Assembly: GCA_030643245.1 (NCBI GenBank)
Contig: DAOWME010000002.1
Location: forward strand, 1-41,390
From: Deltaproteobacteria bacterium
GTDB lineage: Bacteria; Desulfobacterota; UBA8473
DNA: 41,390 nt
Direction: 5' to 3'
Each line of letters opens with the position of its first letter. Within the stretch, counting starts at the first letter, position 1. This document shows positions 8,082 to 16,420 of the stretch, in pieces. Under the pieces are notes generated by a model. It made no database searches. It saw only the letters and a list, made by a program, of their open reading frames with translations, and was not told the DNA's origin. The position numbers and the translations under genes were made by a program.

Positions 8082-8161
8082 GGCATCCTTGTTAGGTTTC
8101 AGAGGTTCTCTTGGGACCTGACCTGTGTGAACCGTTACAACTTCATTCCTGCGGAGCATCT

Positions 8162-9937
8162 ATGGGTAGCAAAATCAGAGTATTGTCCGAAAGCCTGGCC
8201 AATAAAATCGCTGCCGGCGAGGTGGTAGAGAGGCCTGCATCTGTTGTTAAGGAGCTGGTAGAGAACGCTATCGATTCAGGCGCTACGGAGATCACTATCG
8301 ACATCAATGCCGGAGGGCGAAGGTCCATCACAGTAATGGATGACGGGGAGGGTATGGAAAAAGACGGCGCCTTGCTTGCCCTTGAAAGGCATTCAACAAG
8401 CAAGATATCCGCGAGCGAAGACCTGTTCAGAATCAGTACACTGGGGTTCAGAGGAGAGGCTTTGCCGAGTATTGCGGCGGTTTCAAATGTGCGAATTACA
8501 ACGAAACCTTCCCGTTCTCTAGCAGGAACGCAAATATATTCTGCTGGCGGAAAGATAAAGGATGTGCGTGAGGCAGGTTGCCCCACAGGAACTGTTGTTG
8601 AAGTCAACAACCTGTTTTACAATACACCGGCGAGGCTGAAGTTTTTGAAGAGAGACACAACTGAATTTGGACACATCGCTGATGTTGTCACCGAAGTTGC
8701 CCTGGCAAACCATGGCATCCATTTCAAACTCATTCACAACGGTAAGGCGATTATCGACACACCAGCTGCCAAGAATCTTCTCAACAGGGTTGCGGAGGTG
8801 TTGGGCAGGGATACTTGTGAGAACCTTTATGAGGTTTCCTTAACGGAAAAATCCGTAGATATCAGGGGGTTCATGTCACAACCAGACTACACGCGCTCAA
8901 CGAGTAGGGCTCTTCATACCTATGTGAATGGCCGGGGTGTCAGGGATAGAGTGATCAACCATGCTATAATGGAGGCATACGGAACCCTCATAATGAAGAA
9001 ACGTTATCCGGTAGTAATACTCCTTATCGATATGCCGGTTCACTGGGTTGATGTCAACGTCCATCCCACGAAGAGAGAGGTGAGGTTTAAGGAACAACGG
9101 AAGATACATGACCTTATTGTTGAAGCAGTATGCACAACCGTGAAAAAGTCCCCTTGGGTCAGGGGGGTGTTGATTCCCCTTGAGCAGATGACCCTGACAG
9201 ATACGAAGGCCGAACCCCACCGTCATAGGGCATCGGAAACTCTTGCTGGGTATTCTGTCTCCGGGAAGGATGAAAACTTTCTTGCCGGGACCGCTGTTCC
9301 TGAAGAAAGCGCCCATCAGTCCATCCAGATGAAACTTGGCAACGAGGAGCCGCTCTTCTTCTCTTCCTTGACCCCCATTGGTCAGATTAAAGACACATAT
9401 TTGCTCTGTTCATGTGATGAAGGGTTGATACTCATTGATCAACACGCTGCCCACGAGAGAGTCATTTTAGAGATGCTGAAAAAGGGACGCGAAAGCGCTA
9501 CGATTGCTTCCCAGGGGTTGCTGATACCTCAACGTATCGAACTGAGACACGGGGAAGCGAGGTTTCTGGAAGGATACCTCAGTAAGCTTCTGGAAGTAGG
9601 TTTCGAAATAGAGCCTTTTGGCGGGGATACCTTTATTGTTAAATCGGTCCCCCTTGCCTTTGTCGACAAAGACTGCCGGAGGCTTATCCTCGACATTGTC
9701 GATGAGCTCTATTCTTATGGTAAGTCATTAAAATTAGAGGAATCTGTAGAAAAAGTCCTTATCTTGATGGCTTGCCATGGCGCGATTAAGGCAAATCAAG
9801 ACCTGAGCCGGGAAGAGATTGATACCCTCTTGCAACAACTGGATAACGTAGGGTCTCCAACCAACTGCCCCCATGGGAGGCCGATCCTGAGAAAGATAAC
9901 ATATAAAGAGATAGACAGGATGTTTAAGAGGGGCTAA
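8162..9937 (+). CDS. mutL: DNA mismatch repair protein MutL
   Basis: N-terminal GHKL ATPase motifs (IAAGEVVERPASVVKELVENAIDSGA, DDGEGM, GFRGEAL) and C-terminal dimerisation/endonuclease region (DQHAAHER). ATG at 8162 has GGAG 5 nt upstream. Confidence 0.93.
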   Translation: MGSKIRVLSESLANKIAAGEVVERPASVVKELVENAIDSGATEITIDINAGGRRSITVMDDGEGMEKDGALLALERHSTSKISASEDLFRISTLGFRGEALPSIAAVSNVRITTKPSRSLAGTQIYSAGGKIKDVREAGCPTGTVVEVNNLFYNTPARLKFLKRDTTEFGHIADVVTEVALANHGIHFKLIHNGKAIIDTPAAKNLLNRVAEVLGRDTCENLYEVSLTEKSVDIRGFMSQPDYTRSTSRALHTYVNGRGVRDRVINHAIMEAYGTLIMKKRYPVVILLIDMPVHWVDVNVHPTKREVRFKEQRKIHDLIVEAVCTTVKKSPWVRGVLIPLEQMTLTDTKAEPHRHRASETLAGYSVSGKDENFLAGTAVPEESAHQSIQMKLGNEEPLFFSSLTPIGQIKDTYLLCSCDEGLILIDQHAAHERVILEMLKKGRESATIASQGLLIPQRIELRHGEARFLEGYLSKLLEVGFEIEPFGGDTFIVKSVPLAFVDKDCRRLILDIVDELYSYGKSLKLEESVEKVLILMACHGAIKANQDLSREEIDTLLQQLDNVGSPTNCPHGRPILRKITYKEIDRMFKRG

Positions 9938-10394
9938 GTGGCGAAGTAGAAGAAAATAGGGAAATGGCAAGGGAAACAGCTTCTCTTGGATTCTTGGCCT
10001 GTACAATCTCTTCGGTTAAATCCCAGGTGTTCAGACCAACAACAGGCTTTTTTAGCTTGAGGGCGATGGCTATCTCGGATAATGTTCCATAGCCTCCCGT
10101 AACCGCGATTAAGGCATCAGAGGAGTGGACAACAAGGACATTCCTGGCGTGTCCCAGGCCTGTGACGATGGAGACATCGATATATGGGTTTGCATCAACC
10201 GGGTTGACACCCGGTAATATTCCTACGGTTAATCCTCCTTCAAGCTTAGCGCCCCTTGCAGCGGCATTCATGATACCCCCCAGCCCGCCGCAGATCAGAG
10301 TTGCCTTAGCCTTGGCGATCTCTCTTCCCACCTCTTCCGCTATTCTTTCAACAGACGGAGAGCAGCAGCCCGCTCCTATAACTCCGATTTGCAT
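9924..10394 (-). CDS. TIGR00725-family / LOG-like Rossmann protein
   Basis: MQIGVIGAG...LICGGLGGIMNAAARGA...GGYGTLSE pattern. AGGAGG 6 nt upstream of the ATG. The 3' end overlaps the mutL 3' end by 14 nt (convergent). Confidence 0.75.
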   Translation of the reverse strand: MQIGVIGAGCCSPSVERIAEEVGREIAKAKATLICGGLGGIMNAAARGAKLEGGLTVGILPGVNPVDANPYIDVSIVTGLGHARNVLVVHSSDALIAVTGGYGTLSEIAIALKLKKPVVGLNTWDLTEEIVQAKNPREAVSLAISLFSSTSPLSPS

Positions 10395-10483
10395 GGATAC
10401 CTCCTTTTAAAAAAGGCAGAGAGTCAGAAGTAATAAACAAGAAAAAGAGCTAGCGTTAAAGCCTATGGATAGAAGCAGAAAGG

Positions 10484-11065
10484 TCAAAAGAAGTACTTAA
10501 CGGCAACGAAACCAAGGAGCACGAGGGCCGCGAATACTGTAGCCAGGATATTGAAGTACATATCGATAAATGATCTAATGGCCGGCCCAAATGTGTAAAT
10601 TAACCCCCCGACAATAAAGAACCTCGCTGACCTGCTCAAAATGGAAGCTATCACAAAGACAGAGAACCTGATCCTGCAGGCTCCTGCGGCAATGGTAAAG
10701 ACCTTATAGGGTATGGGTGTGAACCCTGCAATGGCAACAGCCCATGCATCGTATCTATTGTAGAGCTGTTGAATATAGTCGTATTTGTCATTGACCCCGT
10801 AAAACTCGATTATAGGTTTTCCTATGAATTCCATAAACTGAAGCCCTATGAAGTACCCGAACACGCCACCCAGGATCGATCCTCCAGAACAAACCAAGGC
10901 GTATTTAAAGGAGTTCTTAGGTATGGATATGGCCAGGGCAATCAGTAGGACATCTGGTGGGATAGGGAAGAAGGAGGATTCAGCAAAGGCTAATATGAAG
11001 AGCGCCCAGGTCCCGTAGGGGGTTTCCGCCCAGTGGAGAACCCAATCGTACATTTTTTTTAGCAT
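10484..11065 (-). CDS. DedA/YqaA-family (SNARE-associated) inner-membrane protein
   Basis: 193 aa, 4-5 TM helices, with the motif AFAESSFFPIPPDVLL typical of the YqaA/DedA family. Confidence 0.75.
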   Translation of the reverse strand: MLKKMYDWVLHWAETPYGTWALFILAFAESSFFPIPPDVLLIALAISIPKNSFKYALVCSGGSILGGVFGYFIGLQFMEFIGKPIIEFYGVNDKYDYIQQLYNRYDAWAVAIAGFTPIPYKVFTIAAGACRIRFSVFVIASILSRSARFFIVGGLIYTFGPAIRSFIDMYFNILATVFAALVLLGFVAVKYFF

Positions 11066-11129
11066 AATGGGTCTCGGGATTTTTAGAACCTGTTAAATTA
11101 ACGGACTGCTTAAAGGCAGGACGCCTGGG

Positions 11130-11870
11130 CTACAAGCCCCATTTGGACAATTCCTTCATGAAAGAGTAATCTGTCGGGTCCAGATGGAGTGGGGTTATTG
11201 AGACATGATTCTGAGCAACAGCCTCGGAATCGGAGTCTTCCATCTCATAGAAACTGAAGTTGTTGCTTCCAAACCAGTAATATTTCTCCCCTCTGGGGTC
11301 CACTTTTTCAACAATCGAACCAGCATGTCTCCTCTTGCCCTGCCTCGTGATTTTGTAAGGGATTTTCCCATCGGTTTCATTATTTGGGACATTTACATTG
11401 AGAAATGTCCCTTGAGGAAGTTCGTTCTTAAGGATGTGCTTTGCCAATCTCAGCGCAAAACCTGCCGCAGCGTGGAAATTGAAGTCCCTGTCTGCTACTA
11501 TGGAGATCGCGAAAGATGGTATATTAAGCATAGCGCCCTCTCGGGCGGCTGCGACAGTGCCTGAATAAACCATATCATCTGCGAGGTTCCCGCCCTTATT
11601 GATTCCTGACACAATCAGATCGGGTTTTGTCCTCAAGATGCCGTTCACCCCGAGATTGACGCAGTCCGTTGGGGTACCGTCTACACGGTACGATTGATGA
11701 GCGGTCTCTTTTACACGCAAGGGTCTGTGCAGGGTCAGAGAATGACTGGCAGCACTCATTTCTCTGTCAGGGGCCACAATCCACACGTCCGCTATTGGTT
11801 GCAGGACTTTGGCCAAGGCTAAAAGACCTGGAGAATGGATTCCATCATCATTTGTTACCATGATCTTCAA
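11130..11870 (-). CDS. surE: 5'/3'-nucleotidase SurE
   Basis: N-terminal MKIMVTNDDGIHSPGL and SGINKGGN motifs. TTG start at 11870 with AGGAG 6 nt upstream (alternative ATG at 11861). Confidence 0.9.
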   Translation of the reverse strand: MKIMVTNDDGIHSPGLLALAKVLQPIADVWIVAPDREMSAASHSLTLHRPLRVKETAHQSYRVDGTPTDCVNLGVNGILRTKPDLIVSGINKGGNLADDMVYSGTVAAAREGAMLNIPSFAISIVADRDFNFHAAAGFALRLAKHILKNELPQGTFLNVNVPNNETDGKIPYKITRQGKRRHAGSIVEKVDPRGEKYYWFGSNNFSFYEMEDSDSEAVAQNHVSITPLHLDPTDYSFMKELSKWGL

Positions 11871-11954
11871 TTTCGTCTCCTAGGTAGTTCTTACTGGAAT
11901 ATTCAAAGGACAGACTGACAGGAACAACACTGTGAACAGTGTATAGCCAAAATC

Positions 11955-12000
11955 CAGTTGAAAGTCAAGTGGTAAACCTGATCAGCTGCACAGGTAGCAA
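11955..12000 (-). repeat. Family-3 element fragment
   Basis: The reverse complement, cctgtgcagctgatcaggtttaccacttgac, closely matches 2609-2640 (cctgtgcggttggtcaggtttaccgcttgcc). The second arm is not recognisable. Confidence 0.5.
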
Positions 12001-12069
12001 TATTGCATCATGTATTCGGCACCCGGAAATCGGTTGACATTTCCGGTTGCTTGGGTGGGTTCTCCATAA

Positions 12070-12093
12070 GGGACGTTATTTCGGCCACGTCCC
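12070..12093 (+). mobile_element. Family-1 remnant (copy D): 6 nt of left end fused to 18 nt of right terminal repeat
   Basis: gggacg|ttatttcggccacgtccc is flanked by a direct TAA on both sides (12067-12069 and 12094-12096). The right-arm variant is the exact complement of the left arm of copy F. Confidence 0.7.
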
Positions 12094-12197
12094 TAAGCAT
12101 AACAAGTATCAGGAGACAAACTCCCTGCAATGACACAAAATAGACTGTAAACAAAAGGTTAGCCATAATTAGAATTGCTGCTATGAAAATTTAGTGC

Positions 12198-12226
12198 TTG
12201 ATTTTCATGTTTATTTGTTTTATACT
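12198..12226 (+). promoter_or_regulatory. Candidate sigma70 promoter upstream of rpsU
   Basis: TTGATT (12198-12203), 17-nt spacer, TATACT (12221-12226). Confidence 0.5.
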
Positions 12227-12272
12227 CATTGATTGTGAATTCAAGCTAGTGTAGCTTTGTTCTTTTTCTGTT

Positions 12273-12318
12273 GCCCTCGGGAGGTTTTGGGGATCCCGAC
12301 GGCTTTTTATTTTTATTC
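12273..12318 (+). terminator. Intrinsic-terminator-like hairpin plus T-tract inside the rpsU leader
   Basis: gccctcggga (12273-12282) pairs with tcccgacggc (12294-12303) for 9 bp with 1 mismatch and an 11-nt loop. It is followed by tttttatttttatt. Confidence 0.45.
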
Positions 12319-12403
12319 AGTATCATGGTAGCAGTCAGGCGAAATACTACTGTCATACAGTAGAGGTATTGAGGGTCGGTCTTGTTATGGAAAGGAAAGT
12401 TAA

Positions 12404-12595
12404 ATGTCCATCAGTATAGAGGTTAGGGGCGACATTGAAAAGGCTATTAAGTTGCTCAAGAAGAGGATGCAACTAGAGGGTATCCAGAGGGAACTCAAGC
12501 ATAGACGATTCTATGAAAAACCGAGTGTTAAAAAGAAACGGAAGAGGCTTGAGGCTGCCCGAAGGAGAAGGAAAGCGAAACGTCGGTCTTTTTAG
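12404..12595 (+). CDS. rpsU: 30S ribosomal protein S21
   Basis: 63 aa and very basic. KAIKLLKKRMQLEGIQRELKHRRFYEKPSVKKKRK is the typical S21 signature. Confidence 0.93.
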   Translation: MSISIEVRGDIEKAIKLLKKRMQLEGIQRELKHRRFYEKPSVKKKRKRLEAARRRRKAKRRSF

Positions 12596-12699
12596 AAAGA
12601 GACCGGGGGCAAGCTGTAACTTGAGGCTCCCCGTGGGCTTATGGATTGGTAATTTGGCCTATGGAGTAGTTTAGAACGACAGAAGAGGAGTTCGGTACT

Positions 12700-13710
12700 C
12701 TATAGAAAATGATCAAAGCCTTTTTTCTTGACCGTATATCTCTGACCACTATCTCTTAAGACTTCGACTCCATTGTCTTTTTCCACAATCTCTCCAATAT
12801 GGGTAACCTTCGTTTGAAATTCCGTCTTTATTCTTTCAAGATCACCCACATTAACCTTATCTACGGTAAATAAGAGTTCATAATCTTCTCCCCCACTCAG
12901 GGGCAGATCTGTAGGATTCTCGGTAAATTCTTTGGAATATTTCTGAAAGGCTTCAGAAAGCGGCACCTTTTCTAACCAGATTCTTGCCCCAACCATACTC
13001 TCTCTACAGATGTGTTCAAGGTCTGAGATAAGGCCATCACTGATATCAATCATGGCCGAAGCTACCCTGTTTTCTGCAATCAATCTGCCTTCAGTTACCC
13101 TTGGTACAGGGCTATTGTGCCTTTCCGTTAGGTATCTGAACCTCTTTTCAACCCTGGACAGATTGGTTCTACTCTTGAGTAATTTGAGCCCCAAAGCAGA
13201 ATCCCCGAGATATCCTGTGACGAATATCTGATCACCGACATTTGCACGATCACGATATATAGCATGGGAAGGAAGGGCTTCCCCCAATACTGTAATGCTG
13301 ATAACAAGCCTCTCCGGTGAAAGAGAGGTGTCACCACCAACAGCATACGTCTGGAATGATTGAGCGGCCTCTGATAGACCACTCACGAATTGATCGACAA
13401 ATTTTACCGATATCCTGGAGGGAATACCCAGGGAGAGCAAGAAGAATCTCGGTTCCCCTCCCATGGCAGCGATGTCACTGACATTGACTGCCAGGGATTT
13501 TTTACCTAAGTCATGGGCAGAGATAAACCCTAGATCGAAATGAACATCTTCGATAAGCGTATCGGTTGTGGAGAGCAGTAATTTCCCTGTCTGAATCCGA
13601 GTGACACAGGCATCATCGCCTATACCTTTTACGATGTCTCGATGAGAGTAGGAAAGTTTACTCTTTATTCTTTCTATTAGCCTGAATTCCCCCAGCTCTC
13701 TTAGTTGCAA
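12700..13710 (-). CDS. thiL: Thiamine-monophosphate kinase ThiL
   Basis: N-terminal GEFRLIERI...GIGDDACV, and AIR-synthase-like fold motifs ([13 protein letters not shown]). TTG start at 13710 with AAGGGGA 7 nt upstream. Overlaps the lon 3' end by 53 nt. Confidence 0.85.
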   Translation of the reverse strand: MQLRELGEFRLIERIKSKLSYSHRDIVKGIGDDACVTRIQTGKLLLSTTDTLIEDVHFDLGFISAHDLGKKSLAVNVSDIAAMGGEPRFFLLSLGIPSRISVKFVDQFVSGLSEAAQSFQTYAVGGDTSLSPERLVISITVLGEALPSHAIYRDRANVGDQIFVTGYLGDSALGLKLLKSRTNLSRVEKRFRYLTERHNSPVPRVTEGRLIAENRVASAMIDISDGLISDLEHICRESMVGARIWLEKVPLSEAFQKYSKEFTENPTDLPLSGGEDYELLFTVDKVNVGDLERIKTEFQTKVTHIGEIVEKDNGVEVLRDSGQRYTVKKKGFDHFL

Positions 13711-16060
13711 CGGATTTTCCCCTTAGAAGCGTAACGTCTAGTACGTCATCCATATTCTTGGCAAAGACAAAATTGATCTTCTTCTTTACAAAGTTGGGGA
13801 TATCATCCAGGTCTTTTTTGTTTCTCTCAGGTATGAGTACTGTCTTGATTTTTGCCCTCAAGGCCGCCAGAGCCTTTTCTTTCAACCCTCCAACAGGAAG
13901 CACCCTTCCTCTCAGGGTTATCTCACCGGTCATAGCCACATCTTTATTTACAGGAATTTTGGTAAGGGCTGAGATCAAAGCAGTAGCCATGGTTACTCCT
14001 GCCGACGGTCCGTCCTTTGGAATAGCCCCTGCCGGGATATGGATATGGGTGTCCTGTTTCTCATAAAAGTCTGCGTTTAACTTCAGGTCTTTTGCCCTTG
14101 AACGGGCGTAACTGAGAGCAGCCTGTGCAGATTCTTTCATGACATCCCCCAGTTGCCCGGTGAGGGTCAAATTTCCTTTGCCTTTCATGGTGGATGCCTC
14201 TATATGCAGGATTTCTCCCCCTGCCTGTGTCCAGGCGAGGCCGGTTGCAACCCCTGCCTGGCTGACCTCTTGCTCCTCTTCAGGCAGGTGTTTGGGTGTG
14301 CCGAGATATTTGTGGACATTACCCTTGTTCACTTTGAAGACGCCCTTCTCCCCTTCTGCGATCTTTCGAGCAACCTTCCTGCATATGGAGGCAATCTCCC
14401 GCTCAAGGTTCCTAAGCCCCGCTTCATGGGTATAGTGTGAGATCGTTTGCAAAATTGCTTTATCAGATATTATCATGTCCTTTTCTGTAATTCCGTTCTC
14501 TTCCAGCTGTCGAGGAAGTAAAAATTTCCTGGCTATCTTTAGTTTTTCTTCTTCTGTATATCCTGAGAGGGTAATGACCTCCATGCGGTCTTTGAGAGCA
14601 GGGATTATTGGGTCTACAAGGTTTGCGGTGGTTATGAACATAACGTTTGAGAGATCGAAGGGTACGTTGAGATAGTGGTCGCTAAAGGCAGAGTTCTGCT
14701 CAGGGTCCAAGACTTCCAATAGGGCGGCAGATGGGTCTCCCCGGAAATCAGCCCCCACCTTATCTATCTCATCCATCATGAATACGGGGTTATTTGACCC
14801 TGCTTGTTTGATGCCCTGTATTATTCGTCCTGGAAGCGCCCCCACATAAGTCCTTCTGTGTCCTCTAATCTCAGCCTCGTCTCTAACCCCTCCAAGAGAT
14901 ATCCGGGTGAATTTCCGGCCCAAAGCCCTGGCAATGGATTTCCCTAACGACGTCTTTCCCACGCCTGGTGGACCAACAAAGCAAAGGATAGGACCTCTCT
15001 TCTTCTTGCTAAGCTTGCGCACGCCCAGGTACTCCAGTATCCTTTCCTTGACCTTTTCCAGATCATAATGGTCCTCGTCCAATACCTCTTTGGCTGCCTT
15101 TATGTCAAGGTTGTCTTTGGTGCTTATACTCCATGGAAGCTCTATTAACGAGTCAAGATAGGTTCTCACAATGGAGGCCTCTGCCGCATCGGGATGCATC
15201 TGTTGGAGCCTATCCAATTGTTTGTTAGCTTCTTTATTCACCTCTTTAGGCATCTTTGCCTTTTTGATTTTCTTCCTGAACTCGTTTATCTCTTTTGTCC
15301 TTTCATCCACATCACCCAGTTCATTTTTAATCGCCCGAAGTTGTTCCCTCAAGAAGTACTCCCGTTGTGTCTTGGTCATTTCTTCCTTAGCCTGGGATTG
15401 TATCTTTGCCTGCATTGTTGAGAGTTCTACTTCTTTGCCCAAGAGTTCATTGACCTTTATAAGGCGATCAATCGGGTCGAACGTCTCTAAGATCTCTTGG
15501 GCTTCCTCTATCTTCAACCTGAGGTTTGAGACGACGAGATCTGCCAGTCTTCCAGGGTCTTCAATGCTATTAAGGACCATTAGAACATCTGAGGATAGTA
15601 TGCCTCTCAATGAAAGCACCTTCTCGCTTTGTTCCTTAATGCTTCGCATCATAGCTTCTGCTTCCATGGGCAACGCAGTTAGGGAAGGTTCTTCAATCGT
15701 ATCGATGTTTGCTATGTAGTAAGGCTTTTGCTGGACAAAATTTTTTATACGTCCCCTGACCAGGCCCTGAACCAGAATCTTGATCCTCCCGTCAGGCAGT
15801 TTTAATGTCCGCATGATCATTGCCACTGTTCCCACTTTATAGATGTCCTGAGGAATGGGATCTTCTATGGTTGGGTCCTTCTGGGTGGTCAGGAATATCA
15901 AGCGGTTTTTTGAAAAGGCCTTATCCACAGCATTGATGGACGCCTCTCTACCAACAAACAACGGCAGAATCATGTATGAAAATATGACCACATCCCTTAC
16001 CGGTAACAATGGTAGCGTATCCGGAATCTCAATGTCTTCTCTTTTGATATCATAGTCCAT
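13658..16060 (-). CDS. lon: ATP-dependent Lon protease (LonA)
   Basis: LON N-domain ([23 protein letters not shown]), Walker A (GPPGVGKTS) and protease Ser site (PKDGPSAGV). The true ATG at 16060 has GGAG upstream. The ORF-track extension to 16156 runs into the repeat. Confidence 0.95.
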   Translation of the reverse strand: MDYDIKREDIEIPDTLPLLPVRDVVIFSYMILPLFVGREASINAVDKAFSKNRLIFLTTQKDPTIEDPIPQDIYKVGTVAMIMRTLKLPDGRIKILVQGLVRGRIKNFVQQKPYYIANIDTIEEPSLTALPMEAEAMMRSIKEQSEKVLSLRGILSSDVLMVLNSIEDPGRLADLVVSNLRLKIEEAQEILETFDPIDRLIKVNELLGKEVELSTMQAKIQSQAKEEMTKTQREYFLREQLRAIKNELGDVDERTKEINEFRKKIKKAKMPKEVNKEANKQLDRLQQMHPDAAEASIVRTYLDSLIELPWSISTKDNLDIKAAKEVLDEDHYDLEKVKERILEYLGVRKLSKKKRGPILCFVGPPGVGKTSLGKSIARALGRKFTRISLGGVRDEAEIRGHRRTYVGALPGRIIQGIKQAGSNNPVFMMDEIDKVGADFRGDPSAALLEVLDPEQNSAFSDHYLNVPFDLSNVMFITTANLVDPIIPALKDRMEVITLSGYTEEEKLKIARKFLLPRQLEENGITEKDMIISDKAILQTISHYTHEAGLRNLEREIASICRKVARKIAEGEKGVFKVNKGNVHKYLGTPKHLPEEEQEVSQAGVATGLAWTQAGGEILHIEASTMKGKGNLTLTGQLGDVMKESAQAALSYARSRAKDLKLNADFYEKQDTHIHIPAGAIPKDGPSAGVTMATALISALTKIPVNKDVAMTGEITLRGRVLPVGGLKEKALAALRAKIKTVLIPERNKKDLDDIPNFVKKKINFVFAKNMDDVLDVTLLRGKSVATKRAGGIQANRKNKE

Positions 16061-16083
16061 AATTATCTCCAGTTGATGCTTCA

Positions 16084-16262
16084 GGGCGAGGCCGAAATAA
16101 CTTCCCCATTTGTACATCTCATCTTCAGGCCATCTTTGACCGATCTTCAAACACAAAATCCTCGAAATAAGTAAGACTATTCCTGTGGTTTTGTATTTTC
16201 AGATCGAACAAATCTGACCTAAATCTGAGCGCCAACTTGAGGAAGTTATTTCGGCCTCGCCC
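16084..16262 (+). mobile_element. Family-1 MITE-like element, copy C (complete, 179 bp)
   Basis: Perfect 22-bp terminal inverted repeat gggcgaggccgaaataacttcc / ggaagttatttcggcctcgccc. The interior pairs as an imperfect rod. Lies 23 nt upstream of the lon start codon, between divergent lon and relA. Confidence 0.92.
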
Positions 16263-16420
16263 CTAATACATGCAGAATGAATACATTATGACAAATTGTA
16301 GTTCATAAGAAGTATACGAATAGGCTCCCCCGACAAGGTCTTAAAGCCATAATTCAAATGAGTTTTAAAATTTCTGTGCAAGGGGGATGAGAATAACTGA
16401 GCACAAAAGATTACACTCCA

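Noticed and set aside
16101-16108. CCCCATTT inside the Family-1 element as a sigma32-type -10 box for lon.
   Set aside because: The motif is on the + strand while lon is on the - strand, and no CTTGAAA-like -35 sits at the right distance on either strand.
16061-16156. ORF-track N-terminal extension of lon ([32 protein letters not shown]...).
   Set aside because: The extension is the reverse-strand translation of the Family-1 repeat. The canonical Lon N-terminus begins at the ATG at 16060, which has its own GGAG RBS.
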